A DNA stretch of 64,000 bases from an uncultured Alphaproteobacteria bacterium (GCA_964444755.1 CAYUIF010000001.1:238402-302401); one strand, 5' to 3'. Positions 37,248-48,291 are shown, numbered from the stretch's first letter. Program-made: numbers and translations. The notes: a model not told the origin generated them from the sequence alone.

Positions 37248-37772
37248 ATGAATACTTGTCAAGCCTGTGGAATCCGCCCCGCCGTGGTGGAATTCGTGCA
37301 AGTGACCGGCGCTGAACGCCGCGAATTATCGTTGTGCCGCGAATGCGCGCTGTCCATCGGTATGCGGTCGCAGGTCGAAGCGTTTCAACGGCTTTCGCAG
37401 TTGCTGCTGCACCATAGCCCGTTGACCGAAGTCACCGAAGAAATGCGCGCCTCGCTGGCTGTCACCTGTACACATTGCCAGATGGCGTTTGAGCAGTTTG
37501 TCAAAACCGGCTTGTTGGGCTGTCCGCATTGTTATGAAGAATTCCACGATTTGCTCAAGCCTGTGCTGCGGCGGATGCACGGCGTGACCCGCCTTACCGA
37601 CGAAGCGTCTGAACATAGCATAAAACCGATTCGATCCCGCGAACCGATTATCGCTGAGGCTCGTTCGTCCGACGAACAGCGCGCGCAACTGGAAATGGAG
37701 TTGAATCTCGCGCTTCTGGAAGAGGATTACGAACGCGCGGCCAGCCTGCGTGATCGCTTGAAGAAGCTCTGA
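37248..37772 (+). CDS. mcsA: McsA-like protein (zinc fingers + UVR domain), activator of protein-arginine kinase
   Basis: Two CxxC...CxxC pairs (CQACG..CRECA; CTHCQ..CPHCY) and a C-terminal UvrB/C motif RAQLEMELNLALLEEDYERAASLRDRL. Confidence 0.75.
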   Translation: MNTCQACGIRPAVVEFVQVTGAERRELSLCRECALSIGMRSQVEAFQRLSQLLLHHSPLTEVTEEMRASLAVTCTHCQMAFEQFVKTGLLGCPHCYEEFHDLLKPVLRRMHGVTRLTDEASEHSIKPIRSREPIIAEARSSDEQRAQLEMELNLALLEEDYERAASLRDRLKKL

Positions 37773-37931
37773 CGCGGCGCGGGGTGGGAACAATCATGAT
37801 CCCTCCCGCGTTGCCTAAAAGCTGTTGATGCGATCAGCGCAGTCAATGATCAATACCGAATTCGCGGGTCTCTACGGCCCGCGAATCTATACTCAGGATA
37901 TTCTTCACGAACCTTTAGCGAGAAATTCTCC

Positions 37932-39014
37932 ATGCCGGAACGTCCTGCTAACTCCCCCTTAATTTTGCTTTCCGAATATCCTGCTTGGGCCAAAGCGGGC
38001 GGCGACGAGTCGGCGGTGGTGCTCAGCACGCGTGTACGCATCGCGCGCAATATCAAGGGCGAAGTTTTTCCGGGACGCATGGATACCGAAGGCCGGATTC
38101 GTGTGATGCGCACCGCCTCGCGCGTGATCGCTGCGCTGCCCGAAGCCGAAGACGGCGTATTCTATTCGCTGGCCGCGTTGACTCCCGTCGAGCTAGCCGT
38201 GCTCATCGAACGGCGCGCGATTTCGCCGCAGCTCGCGCGGGATGAGCATCCGCGCGGCGTGTTCGCGTGGAAAGATTTGGATCGCGCGATTATGATCTGC
38301 GAGGAAGACCATGTGCGCGTGACCGACATCGTGCCCGGCTTGGCGCCGCGCCAGGCGTGGGAAAACGTCATGCCCGTGGTTGAAAATCTCGAACAGCATT
38401 TCGAATTCGTGAAGGACGATTCCCTCGGCTACTTGACCGCTTGTCCGGCCAATATCGGGGCGGCGGTGCGGACCTCGCTGTTTTGTCATTTGCCCGCCTT
38501 GGTCGCCACCGGCGGCATGGAATCGCTGGCCTCTCATGTGTCTGATGCCGGGTTTACAATTCGCGGATTTTGGGGGGAAGGGTCGGAGGTTTTAGGCAAC
38601 ACGTTTCAATTTACCGACGGTCCCGGTCTTTCACACAATGTGCAAGATATGCTCGCTCGGATAGATATTCTTGGTCAGGAAATCATGGAACGCGAGGCGA
38701 TTGCCCGCATTGAATTGCAGAGTCAGCGCCCCGCCTTGCTCAAGGACAAAATTGCCCGAGCGGTGGCTATTTTGCAGTCTTGTCGGGCCTTATCCGGCGG
38801 CGAGACCATGGCCTTAATTTCCACCATTCGGTTGGGATTGGATATTGGATTCATTGAAGGGCTAAAACGCGAAACTATTTCAATGTTAACATTTGATTTA
38901 GGGCGCGGTCATTTGAAGTGGCGGGGCTACGATAACGGCATTCCCGATGGCCGATTAGTGGAACGGGCGAACCGGGCCCGTGCGGTCTTTGCCGAGGCCC
39001 GATTTGTGGGATAG
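37932..39014 (+). CDS. mcsB: Protein-arginine kinase (ATP:guanido phosphotransferase family)
   Basis: Phosphagen-kinase active-site motif CPANIGAAVR. 360 aa. Lies between mcsA and clpC. Confidence 0.85.
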   Translation: MPERPANSPLILLSEYPAWAKAGGDESAVVLSTRVRIARNIKGEVFPGRMDTEGRIRVMRTASRVIAALPEAEDGVFYSLAALTPVELAVLIERRAISPQLARDEHPRGVFAWKDLDRAIMICEEDHVRVTDIVPGLAPRQAWENVMPVVENLEQHFEFVKDDSLGYLTACPANIGAAVRTSLFCHLPALVATGGMESLASHVSDAGFTIRGFWGEGSEVLGNTFQFTDGPGLSHNVQDMLARIDILGQEIMEREAIARIELQSQRPALLKDKIARAVAILQSCRALSGGETMALISTIRLGLDIGFIEGLKRETISMLTFDLGRGHLKWRGYDNGIPDGRLVERANRARAVFAEARFVG

Positions 39015-39212
39015 TTTGTGGATAAATGATCTATAATTAGCGGCAAAGTTTTTGCTCATAGTAACGATTGATGCGAACCGGTCCGGGAGCAATGAGGGCG
39101 GGCCGGTTCGCAAAATGGCCGGCTTGCTTCTCTGATTCGACCTTCTTACATTAAGTTTTAGACGGCCACGCAACTTAAACCAACTCGGCTGTTCTACTCC
39201 TTCGAGGTTACG

Positions 39213-41678
39213 ATGCAAAACAAGTTTTCGCTACGTGTTCAGCAAGTGATTCAGTATTCGCGTGAGGAAGCCCTGCGGCTCGGCCACGATTTCATCGGCA
39301 CCGAGCATTTGTTGTTGGGAATTATTCGGCTGGGGGACGGCTTGGCCGTGCAGATTCTCCACAATCTGGGCTGTGATCTCGAAGAGATTCGGGAATCCGT
39401 GGAAGAGATGGTGGATACCTCCAAGGGCACCATGAAAATCGGCAACATTCCGTTTACCAAACGGGCCGAAAAAGTGCTCAAGGTTTCGTATATCGAAGGC
39501 CGCAACTATTCTTCCGACATCATCGGCACCGAGCATTTGTTGCTGGCGCTGCTGAAGGAAGAAGACAGCATGGCCGCTCAGGTGCTGCACGGATTCAATG
39601 TCACCTACGATGCGGTAAAGGGCGAACTCGACAATCTGCTGCGCGGCAGCGGACAAGCCCAGCCTTCGGCGCCGGCGGAAAAATCCAAGACTCCCAATCT
39701 CGATCATTTCTCCCGCGATCTGACCAAACTGGCGCGCGATAATCAACTCGATCCGATCATCGGCCGCGAAAACGAAATCGAGCGCGTGGCGCAGATTCTT
39801 TCGCGCCGTAAAAAGAATAACCCGGTGCTGCTGGGCGAACCCGGCGTCGGCAAGACAGCGATTGCCGAAGGACTCGCGCTGCGCATCGTCCAGCAAAAAG
39901 TCTCACCCGTGCTCTATGGCAAGCGCGTGGTAGCCCTCGATCTGGGTTCCATCGTGGCGGGCACCAAATACCGCGGTCAGTTCGAAGAGCGCATTAAGGC
40001 GATTATGACCGAAATCGAGAAGAGTCCCAATATCATTCTCTTCCTCGACGAGCTGCATACCATCGTCGGCGCGGGCAGCGCGTCCGGCAGTCTCGATGCG
40101 TCCAATATGTTCAAGCCCGCGTTGGCGCGCGGCGAGTTGCAATGCATCGGCGCGACCACGCTGAAGGAATACCGCCAGTCCATCGAAAAGGACGGCGCGC
40201 TGGAACGCCGTTTCCAGAAAGTCATGGTGGATCCGCCGTCGGTGGACGATACCATTGCGATTCTGAAGGGACTGCGCGAAAAATACGAAGAGCATCACGG
40301 CGTCAAATATTCCGATGAAGCCATCGAACTTTCGGTGCAGTTGGCCGAGCGCTACATTACCGACCGCTTCCTGCCCGATAAGGCCATTGACGTGATGGAC
40401 GAAACCGGCTCCTGTGTGCGGATTTCCCACATCGTAATTCCCGAAAAGGTCGTGGAAATCGAAAAGGAAATCGAAGCCGTCCGCCGCGAAAAAGAAGATC
40501 TGGTCAAGCGGCAGGAATACGAAAAAGCCGCCATGCTCCGCGACAAGAAGATGAAGCTTGAAGCGATGCTCAAGGAAGAGAAGGACAAGTGGGAGAAATC
40601 CGAAACCCGTCCCGCTCTGCAAGTGTCGCTGGATGATATCGCCGGCACTGTGGCGCGCATGACCGGTATTCCCGTGCAGCGCGTTGCTTCCGGAGAAGGT
40701 GAACGGCTGCTGCATATCAAGGACGAACTGTCCAGCCGCATCGTCGGTCAGGATGAAGCGTTGGACGTCATCGCCCGCAGTCTGCGCCGCGCCCGCAGCG
40801 GATTGAAGAGCCACGCGCGGCCCATCGGCAGCTTCATGTTCCTCGGCCCCACGGGTGTCGGCAAGACCGAACTCGCGTTGGCTCTCGCCGAGTATTTGTT
40901 CAACGATCCCGGCGCGCTCATTCGCATTGACATGAGCGAATACATGGAGAAGTTCAACGTCTCGCGGCTCATCGGTTCGCCGCCCGGCTATGTGGGTTAC
41001 GATGAAGGCGGCCAGCTTACCGAGCGCGTGCGTCGCAAACCCTACAGCGTCGTGTTGTTCGACGAAATCGAGAAAGCCCATCCCGATGTGTTCAACATCC
41101 TGCTGCAAGTGCTGGATGCGGGCGAACTCACCGACGGCACCGGGCAGAAGGTGGACTTCCGCAATACGATTCTGATCATGACCTCCAACCTCGGCACGCG
41201 CGAAGCGGCCAAGAGCATGGAGTTCGGTTTCGCGGGCGCAAAGACCGTCAGCTTCGACAAACTGCAGGGCAAGATGCTGGAAGAAGTCAAGATCATGTTC
41301 CGTCCCGAATTCCTGAATCGCTTGGACGAGATGGTGGTCTTCCGCATGCTCGAACGCGAATCCATTGACAAGATTCTTACGCTTTACATGGACGACGTCA
41401 ACCACCGCCTCAGCGATCGGCACTTGAAGATCGTCCTCAATCAAAAAGCCCGCGATCTCATCATTGACAAGGGCTATAAGCCGGAAGTGGGCGCGCGGCT
41501 GCTGCGCCGCACGGTGGAACGGGTGCTCGAAGATCCGCTGGCTGAAGAGCTGTTGAAGGGTCGCTTCACAGACGGCTCGACGGTATCGGTTAACGTCAAG
41601 GACGAGCAACTGACCTTCCGCGAGCAGCGCGAAAAAGTTCCCGAAAACGCCGCCGAGACCACCGCCCAGAGCGACTGA
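39213..41678 (+). CDS. clpC: ATP-dependent Clp protease ATP-binding subunit ClpC (class III)
   Basis: Two Clp_N repeats. Two AAA+ modules (GEPGVGKT; GPTGVGKT). UVR-like middle domain. 821 aa. Confidence 0.93.
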   Translation: MQNKFSLRVQQVIQYSREEALRLGHDFIGTEHLLLGIIRLGDGLAVQILHNLGCDLEEIRESVEEMVDTSKGTMKIGNIPFTKRAEKVLKVSYIEGRNYSSDIIGTEHLLLALLKEEDSMAAQVLHGFNVTYDAVKGELDNLLRGSGQAQPSAPAEKSKTPNLDHFSRDLTKLARDNQLDPIIGRENEIERVAQILSRRKKNNPVLLGEPGVGKTAIAEGLALRIVQQKVSPVLYGKRVVALDLGSIVAGTKYRGQFEERIKAIMTEIEKSPNIILFLDELHTIVGAGSASGSLDASNMFKPALARGELQCIGATTLKEYRQSIEKDGALERRFQKVMVDPPSVDDTIAILKGLREKYEEHHGVKYSDEAIELSVQLAERYITDRFLPDKAIDVMDETGSCVRISHIVIPEKVVEIEKEIEAVRREKEDLVKRQEYEKAAMLRDKKMKLEAMLKEEKDKWEKSETRPALQVSLDDIAGTVARMTGIPVQRVASGEGERLLHIKDELSSRIVGQDEALDVIARSLRRARSGLKSHARPIGSFMFLGPTGVGKTELALALAEYLFNDPGALIRIDMSEYMEKFNVSRLIGSPPGYVGYDEGGQLTERVRRKPYSVVLFDEIEKAHPDVFNILLQVLDAGELTDGTGQKVDFRNTILIMTSNLGTREAAKSMEFGFAGAKTVSFDKLQGKMLEEVKIMFRPEFLNRLDEMVVFRMLERESIDKILTLYMDDVNHRLSDRHLKIVLNQKARDLIIDKGYKPEVGARLLRRTVERVLEDPLAEELLKGRFTDGSTVSVNVKDEQLTFREQREKVPENAAETTAQSD

Positions 41679-41695
41679 TTTCCTGCCAATTCCAC

Positions 41696-41726
41696 GGGGC
41701 GGATTAATAATCCGCCCCGTTTTTTC
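41696..41726 (+). terminator. Rho-independent terminator after clpC
   Basis: ggggcggatt-aataa-tccgcccc, then GTTTTTT. Confidence 0.7.
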
Positions 41727-41771
41727 TCGCTACAAAATATTCTATTCACATCCGCCTAACGGGAGGCTGTT

Positions 41772-44081
41772 ATGAAAACGCTCCTAAGTTTCATTCTTAT
41801 GTGCTGTTTTGTAGGAGCAGCCATCGCAACTTCTGTTTTGGAGTGGTACCGTTTGTTGCCCAGTCTTGGTGAAGCAAGTAGTGTAGTATGTTTGTCCGAT
41901 GGTGGATTTGTGGTTGTTGGAAATGGCGTAATCATGCGATTGACTTCGCGGGGGGACACATTATGGTCTCAATCCTTCAGCAGTCCAAGCGGAGGATGGG
42001 CCGTCAATCATAAAGTCATTTTTGACTCTGATTCAAACTTAGTCGTTGCAGGTGAATGGTATAATGCAGGAATTAGAGCCTTTATTCGTAAGCTTTCATT
42101 ATCAAGCGACCTGATCTGGTGCCATGAATATATTCTTACAGAGTATACGGGTTTCAATGATATTAAGAATACTCCCGGAGGCGGTTTTGTTGCGGTAGGA
42201 AAGTATCTTTATATAAATGGATTCATCGCTCGCTTGGATGAGCAGGGTGACACCCTGTGGACAAGAATTATTCCCAACGAATTCATTCCCAGTGGAGTGA
42301 TTGTATCACCGGATTCTGCCTATCTCATTTCTGGCTATACATCAAATCCGGACTATCCAATTTTTGCCAGATACAGTCTTGAAGGAAATCAAGATTGGAT
42401 CAGGTATTGCGGAGGTATGGGAAGATCAGCCACGATCTTGCTGGAAAATTCTCAATTGCTAATCGGTTTCGGAACAGCAAGTTATTCTGATTACAGTGGA
42501 CAACCGCGATGGTCCTCCATGAGTACGGATAATGGATTAGCCTGCACAGCGGGAGTAGTACCTTCTCCTACCAGCCACATTAGCGATGCCATGCCGATTT
42601 CAAATGGATATCTGTTAGCGGGATGGACTGGTTATAGCACGTATGATCACTTGGGCTATATTCTGAAAGTAGATAGTTTCGATCCATCACGAGTAGTCTG
42701 GACGACCACAATACATACCGGAACATCGTACAATCGTGAATGGTCACAATTTAATGGAATTGCATCAACTCTTGATGGGGGATTTGTTGCCGTTGGACGA
42801 GGTACAGGAGGAACACATCAGGACTGGTTAATTGCGAAATACTGCCCCGAAGATGCTCCAGCTGGCGGATTCACTATTATCCACCCCGGACCACCCGATT
42901 GGGGCTTCTCGCTTGGTTGGTTAGGTGGAGAGTTAGATACAATCGCCTTTACGAATATTAGTGACGGCGCCTATGGCGATGTTACGGGTTCGGCTGCGGC
43001 CGACTGGCATATTCTGAATAATGGAGACGGTAATGACGGGGATTCGATCATCTTCGTTGCATCCCAACCTTTCGGCGGTTGGGAAGTGGATACGTTTTGG
43101 ATCAGGAATATGCAAGACAACCACTGCACGATTTCCTATATTGCGGAATGTCCCAAAGGAATTATTGGTTTGGATAATGGAGGACACGTTGAGATTCTCG
43201 CTGAAGGACTATATCACTCCGGTTTTGCAGTTGTCCGTGATACGGCTGCCGTACGGAAAATCATCTTTTCGCAATTTCCCACTGGTACAACCGGCAGAAT
43301 AACTGGTGTGGCATCGCTGACTTGGGAAATGATGTCAAATGGCGATGGAAACAATGGCGATTCGGTAATCTTCTTTACTGGCGTTCCGCTTTTGACCGGT
43401 TCAGTGGATACCTTTTGGCTTGATAGACCTGAAGGCAGCGGAATCGCAGATTGGTCCATCGGTTGCAACTCCGGAACAGCGCGGGTATTTACGGGCATCG
43501 TAGATTCGGTGCGATTTGCGGGACAGTACTTGGCGAATGGCATTTCTCTTTCGCTTACGACATACAATGAATCATATCTTTCTTGCTTCCGTGTTTTTGG
43601 CAAGCACACAACAAGTGCACCGTGGGTTGAGATTGGCGTTATTCCTGCCACGAATGACTCTGGTCCTAACCACTATTTGCTCAATGGTGGAGTCCGCGGG
43701 ATTGGATTCCAATTCATGGTTATAGCTGAGGATTCATTTGGTGTCCAGCGAGAGTATGATGATCAAGTTCTGATTGTCGGTCAAAATGTGCCGACTGATA
43801 TGAAGAATATATATCTGTCAACTGAGTTTAAACTCTCTTCCTTCCCCAACCCCTTCAACCCATCCACTACCATTTCGTTTTCGCTTCCCAAATCCGCAAT
43901 CACCCGCTTAACGGTCTATGATCTCTTAGGCCGTGAAGTGGCGGTATTGACAGATCATTTGTTAGAAGCGGGCGAACATAATCTGCAATTCGATGGTTCT
44001 GATTTACCCTCCGGTCTCTACTTCGCCCGTCTGCAATCCGGAGATTTCGTTACGACTCAGAAGCTCTTATTGGTGAAATAA
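41772..44081 (+). CDS. T9SS-sorted beta-propeller-repeat protein (769 aa)
   Basis: Signal MKTLLSFILMCCFVGAAIA. Repeated DGGF.V.G / GDTLW blades. C-terminal FPNPFNPSTTISFSLPKSAITRLTVYDLLGREVAVL...LLLVK. Confidence 0.8.
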   Translation: MKTLLSFILMCCFVGAAIATSVLEWYRLLPSLGEASSVVCLSDGGFVVVGNGVIMRLTSRGDTLWSQSFSSPSGGWAVNHKVIFDSDSNLVVAGEWYNAGIRAFIRKLSLSSDLIWCHEYILTEYTGFNDIKNTPGGGFVAVGKYLYINGFIARLDEQGDTLWTRIIPNEFIPSGVIVSPDSAYLISGYTSNPDYPIFARYSLEGNQDWIRYCGGMGRSATILLENSQLLIGFGTASYSDYSGQPRWSSMSTDNGLACTAGVVPSPTSHISDAMPISNGYLLAGWTGYSTYDHLGYILKVDSFDPSRVVWTTTIHTGTSYNREWSQFNGIASTLDGGFVAVGRGTGGTHQDWLIAKYCPEDAPAGGFTIIHPGPPDWGFSLGWLGGELDTIAFTNISDGAYGDVTGSAAADWHILNNGDGNDGDSIIFVASQPFGGWEVDTFWIRNMQDNHCTISYIAECPKGIIGLDNGGHVEILAEGLYHSGFAVVRDTAAVRKIIFSQFPTGTTGRITGVASLTWEMMSNGDGNNGDSVIFFTGVPLLTGSVDTFWLDRPEGSGIADWSIGCNSGTARVFTGIVDSVRFAGQYLANGISLSLTTYNESYLSCFRVFGKHTTSAPWVEIGVIPATNDSGPNHYLLNGGVRGIGFQFMVIAEDSFGVQREYDDQVLIVGQNVPTDMKNIYLSTEFKLSSFPNPFNPSTTISFSLPKSAITRLTVYDLLGREVAVLTDHLLEAGEHNLQFDGSDLPSGLYFARLQSGDFVTTQKLLLVK

Positions 44082-44225
44082 TCCGCCGTGGTCGGTCTCC
44101 CGACCGGCCATGGCCCATCGTCATTATTCTTCAGGAGGTTCTCATGAAATCGGCAACTGTGACCTGTCTCCTGTTCTTATCCGTATCCCTTTCTTTTTCG
44201 CAACCCCCCGATACCCTGTGGATGC
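43840..44225 (+). repeat. Cassette junction: conserved C-terminal-domain coding block + intergenic RBS + conserved signal-peptide coding block
   Basis: The ~240-nt C-terminal-domain coding segment recurs at 45327-45568, 46752-46992 and 48050-48291 (about 80-90% nt identity). The RBS/signal-peptide block (ttcaggaggttct.atgaaatcggcaactgtgacctgtctcctg...) recurs at 45583-45680. Confidence 0.75.
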
Positions 44226-45568
44226 GCACCTATTACGCTGATATGGGAGGCAATGCGAACGCACTGTGTCTCACCCAAGACGGCGGTTATGCTGTAGCCG
44301 GTATCTGCTGCTTTGCTGGCTACCACAACTTCTTCTTTGGTGGTTTTGTTAATAAACTGGATCATTCCGGCCAGACGGAATGGACATGGAGTATTTTAGG
44401 CAGTGCGCTCGCCAACAGCTGCTGGGCGAATGACGTGATTTCGACGGCAGACGGCGGTGTGGTGGCCTGCGGCAGTGGCAACTACTGGGGAGGCGGTCTC
44501 GGCCAAGGTCCGGAAATGTACCTCTGGGTAGTGCGATTAAATGCCCAGGGAGATACCCTATGGTTTTACGAGCAAACGGAAAGTAATACTGATTGGTATG
44601 GCGGCGGTCGGGCGATTGCGACCGCGCCCGACGGATTCCTCATTGCCGGATCATATTTTACGTCGCTGACAAAGCTGGACACCGCTGGGAACCTGCTCTG
44701 GCAGCGCAATTGGGGCATGTCGCTAAAGGATATCACACCGACTCCCGATGGGAATTTCGTGTGTGTCGGATCGTATGATACCAGCGCATCCCGCTGCCTG
44801 ATCGTTAAAGTCACTCCCGACGGCGATACGCTGTGGACGCGCGATTGTAATACGGGATGGGATGAACAGGTGCGTGCGGTGACCACCACCTTTGGCGGCG
44901 GACTGGCCATCTGCGGAACGGGTAACTATCCACCTATCGGCGTTGATACCTTCTTGGGGATCTTGGATAGCAGCGGCAATTATCTGGTACGACGGGCTTA
45001 TGAACACGAGCATTCTTATGCCATAGATCTCTGCCAACTCGCCGATTCGGGATTCATCCTGGTGGGCGGAATTACACCGACCTACCCTAATCCGAGGCAG
45101 ACCTTTGTCGTTCGCACGGCACCGAATGCCGATGCGATGTGGACCAAGCTGTGGGATGAGACTTTTGAAAACTTTGCCAACTCCGTCGTACAGGATACCG
45201 ACAGCGGCTTTGTCTTGGTCGGCAAATGGGGAAATGATTACTGGTATATCTCCAAACTGGAATACGATCTGGTGGATATAGATGAGTCGCCGACCGCTCG
45301 CATTCCCGAGTCGTTTTCCTTGATGGCTTTTCCCAATCCCTTCAATCCGTCTACTACAATTTCCTTTTCGCTTCCGAAAAGCGCTCAAACCCGCTTAACG
45401 GTCTATGATCTCTTAGGCCGCGAAGTGGCGATACTGAGCGACGGAATGCTGGAAGTGGGCGAACACCAAATGCAATTCGATGGTTCAGCCTTGCCTTCCG
45501 GTCTCTACTTCGCTCGCTTGCAATCCGGAGATTTCGTTACGACTCAGAAGCTCTTATTGGTGAAATAA
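44144..45568 (+). CDS. T9SS-sorted beta-propeller-repeat protein (474 aa), paralog
   Basis: Signal MKSATVTCLLFLSVSLSFSQPPDTLW is identical to that of the next gene. Repeated DGGY / GDTLW blades. T9SS C-terminal domain. Confidence 0.8.
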   Translation: MKSATVTCLLFLSVSLSFSQPPDTLWMRTYYADMGGNANALCLTQDGGYAVAGICCFAGYHNFFFGGFVNKLDHSGQTEWTWSILGSALANSCWANDVISTADGGVVACGSGNYWGGGLGQGPEMYLWVVRLNAQGDTLWFYEQTESNTDWYGGGRAIATAPDGFLIAGSYFTSLTKLDTAGNLLWQRNWGMSLKDITPTPDGNFVCVGSYDTSASRCLIVKVTPDGDTLWTRDCNTGWDEQVRAVTTTFGGGLAICGTGNYPPIGVDTFLGILDSSGNYLVRRAYEHEHSYAIDLCQLADSGFILVGGITPTYPNPRQTFVVRTAPNADAMWTKLWDETFENFANSVVQDTDSGFVLVGKWGNDYWYISKLEYDLVDIDESPTARIPESFSLMAFPNPFNPSTTISFSLPKSAQTRLTVYDLLGREVAILSDGMLEVGEHQMQFDGSALPSGLYFARLQSGDFVTTQKLLLVK

Positions 45569-45597
45569 TCCGCCTTTATCGCTCTTCAGGAGGTTCT

Positions 45598-46992
45598 ATG
45601 AAATCGGCAACTGTGACCTGTCTCCTGTTGTTATCCGTATCCCTTTCTTTCTCCCAACCCCCCGATACTCTCTGGACACGGCACTTTTCTCCACTTTGGC
45701 CAGACGCCGGTGGTCTGCGCAGTGTTCATGCGCTGCCCGATGGCGGTTTTATGGCGGTAGGACATTGCTGCTATAATCTGTACCACTTCTTCTATAATGC
45801 TGCATATGTCGGACGGTATGATTCAGAGGGAAATGCCGTCTGGGAGAATCATTATTGGGGAACCAGCGGCTCAACTCTCGGAATTGGAGCAATCGCCTTC
45901 GATGTTTGGCCATTGCCCGAGAGCGGGTGCATTGTGGCGGCGGGGATCGGAGCAGGTTGGCCATGGCTTCCAGCCACAGTCATGCGTGTAAATGAGGGAG
46001 GTACTATTGAATGGGCATTTTCGAGCACTACATATGGCATAACTGAAATGCGCGCGGTCAGTATGACTACTGAAAATGTAGTGGCCGCCGTTGCCAGTGA
46101 TTCAGGAACAGTCTTTCGTTTCAGTCTCGATGGTGATACATTATCGAGGACCGACCTGTATCCTGCCGACCTGTTCGCGACGCTTCCCACACCCGACGGC
46201 GGATTTGTGGTGGCGGGGAGCGATACCTTTCCCATCCGTTATGCGTTCTATCTGGCTAAGTTTGACGCCCACGGCGATACGATGTGGACGCGGCGGCATT
46301 CGGTATCCACCTTGGGCGGCGGCGCGTATGCCCTGTGCCATGCCCCGAATGGCGGATTCATGCTGGCGGGCACGGCGCTCATGCCCGATACCACGCTGCC
46401 GGAATTTGCCGCCGTGGTGATGGTGGATTCCACCGGCCAATTATTGAGCCAGCATATCTATGGAGACATTCCACCCGTAATCGCGGCGGATCGCTGCGCG
46501 GAAGGCGGCTACATCCTGCTCGCCGACCGGCTCCTGCGCATTAACGATGAGGGCGATACCTTGTGGACACGCACCCTGCCCTGCAACGATTGCTTCTACA
46601 GTGTCATCCAAACCGCCGATAGCGGCTATCTCGTGGCCGGGCAGATTACGGTTGATCTAAGACAAAAAGCGTATTTAGCGAAGTACACACGGGAAGGTTT
46701 ACCCGTCACGGATCATCCAGCTGCTCTGCCTGCTGAATTCCGACTGATAGCCTATCCGAATCCGTTTAATCCATTAACCACGATTGCATTTTCGCTTCCT
46801 AAATCCGCACTCACCCGCTTGACGGTCTATGACCTCTTAGGTCGTGAAGTGGCGGTGCTGACGGATCAAATGCTCGAAGCGGGCGAGCATCTTGTTTCGT
46901 TTGACGGCACAGCCCTGCCATCGGGACTATATTTTGCTCGACTGAGAAGCGGCGAGTTTACTGCCACGAGAAAACTTTTGCTTGTAAAATAA
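45598..46992 (+). CDS. T9SS-sorted beta-propeller-repeat protein (464 aa), paralog
   Basis: Same signal peptide. Divergent middle region. C-terminal domain ...AYPNPFNPLTTIAFSLPKSALTRLTVYDLLGREVAVL...LLLVK. Confidence 0.8.
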   Translation: MKSATVTCLLLLSVSLSFSQPPDTLWTRHFSPLWPDAGGLRSVHALPDGGFMAVGHCCYNLYHFFYNAAYVGRYDSEGNAVWENHYWGTSGSTLGIGAIAFDVWPLPESGCIVAAGIGAGWPWLPATVMRVNEGGTIEWAFSSTTYGITEMRAVSMTTENVVAAVASDSGTVFRFSLDGDTLSRTDLYPADLFATLPTPDGGFVVAGSDTFPIRYAFYLAKFDAHGDTMWTRRHSVSTLGGGAYALCHAPNGGFMLAGTALMPDTTLPEFAAVVMVDSTGQLLSQHIYGDIPPVIAADRCAEGGYILLADRLLRINDEGDTLWTRTLPCNDCFYSVIQTADSGYLVAGQITVDLRQKAYLAKYTREGLPVTDHPAALPAEFRLIAYPNPFNPLTTIAFSLPKSALTRLTVYDLLGREVAVLTDQMLEAGEHLVSFDGTALPSGLYFARLRSGEFTATRKLLLVK

Positions 46993-47043
46993 CCATAATT
47001 GAATTACATTCTATGTTGAACTACACCTTTGTCGGGAGGGACA

Positions 47044-48291
47044 ATGAGAATCATTCTGCGCGCCGCATTAATCCTGTTTTTGTCGGTCACGGCGGTTAAG
47101 GTTTATGGATCTGTAGAACTGGAGACGTTTCGAATATGGGGGATGGAGAACAGTCTTTCCGTAGGATGGAGTACCAGCTCCGAAACCGCTAATGCCTTTA
47201 TAGAATTGTGGAGAGCGGAAACAGAGTCGGGTCCTTATGTTCTAATAAGCATTGAACAAGGACATGGTACGACAACCAATACGAGTAGTTACTGGCACTA
47301 CAACTCGGGACTCTTGCCGAATCAGCGATATTTCCATTATTTGATCGCCGTTGATACCGCCGGATACCGCGAGATTGTCAGCGATACGGTATCCGAGCGA
47401 ACTGCTCCGATAAAAATTAATGGGATACCGGGCTATCCGAAATGTCCCACGGGATATCGGGTTTCGTGGACGGTTCATTATGAATATGATATTCTGGACT
47501 ACTCGCTTCGTCGTGGACCATACGGTGGATGCAATACTGATATTGCCGTCATCCCGTCACAGGGTAATACGGACTCGATTCGTACGTATTACTATACCGA
47601 TCTCGATGCGCCCTTGCGCGTGAGCACTTACTGCATCGTCGCTCGTCGTATGGACTCCACGACTTATGCACCGCTCTTCTTCTATATTCCAGAGGAACCG
47701 GTAGCTATAGCAAGCTTGGATTCCTTTGCCGTCACACCAGCATCTTCGAATGTCGAAATATTCTGGCGAACAAATTATGAAAGCTGGCTGCGCTGTTACG
47801 AAGTTCAGCGGCGACGTACGAGCGATTCCAGCTATACCGTAGTCGCGGAATTGCAGGGTGCAGGATATTATGCCTACGATCGCAGTTACACGGTGGTTGA
47901 TACAACTCTCACCGCTGGTGGCACATACAATTATCTGGTCGGCTATACGGATGCCTACGAGGTCTTTCGCGTGTTGTGCGATTCTACGGTGGAGGTAGTG
48001 CTTTCCGGTGCGGAGTATGAGCCGCTGGCACAATCGTTTGCTCTGTCCGCTTTCCCCAATCCGTTTAATCCAACGACCACAATTTCGTTTTCACTTCCAA
48101 AATCCGCCCTTACTCACTTGATAATCTACGATCTCTTAGGCCGTGAAGTGGCGATATTGACGGATGGCATGCTCGAAGCGGGGGAGCATCGCTTTTCGTT
48201 TGACGGCTCTGATCTACCGTCGGGATTGTACTTTGCTCGACTGAGAAGCGGTGAGTTGACTGCCACGCATAAACTCCTATTAGTGAAATAG
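47044..48291 (+). CDS. T9SS-sorted protein with FN3/Ig-like body (415 aa)
   Basis: GGGAGGG RBS. Signal MRIILRAALILFLSVTAVKVYG. Same-family C-terminal domain ...FPNPFNPTTTISFSLPKSALTHLIIYDLLGREVAIL...LLLVK. Confidence 0.75.
   Translation: MRIILRAALILFLSVTAVKVYGSVELETFRIWGMENSLSVGWSTSSETANAFIELWRAETESGPYVLISIEQGHGTTTNTSSYWHYNSGLLPNQRYFHYLIAVDTAGYREIVSDTVSERTAPIKINGIPGYPKCPTGYRVSWTVHYEYDILDYSLRRGPYGGCNTDIAVIPSQGNTDSIRTYYYTDLDAPLRVSTYCIVARRMDSTTYAPLFFYIPEEPVAIASLDSFAVTPASSNVEIFWRTNYESWLRCYEVQRRRTSDSSYTVVAELQGAGYYAYDRSYTVVDTTLTAGGTYNYLVGYTDAYEVFRVLCDSTVEVVLSGAEYEPLAQSFALSAFPNPFNPTTTISFSLPKSALTHLIIYDLLGREVAILTDGMLEAGEHRFSFDGSDLPSGLYFARLRSGELTATHKLLLVK

Noticed and set aside
39903-41609. 568-aa ORF antisense to clpC
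   Set aside because: clpC on the plus strand has unmistakable AAA+ motifs. The antisense ORF is a GC-frame artefact.
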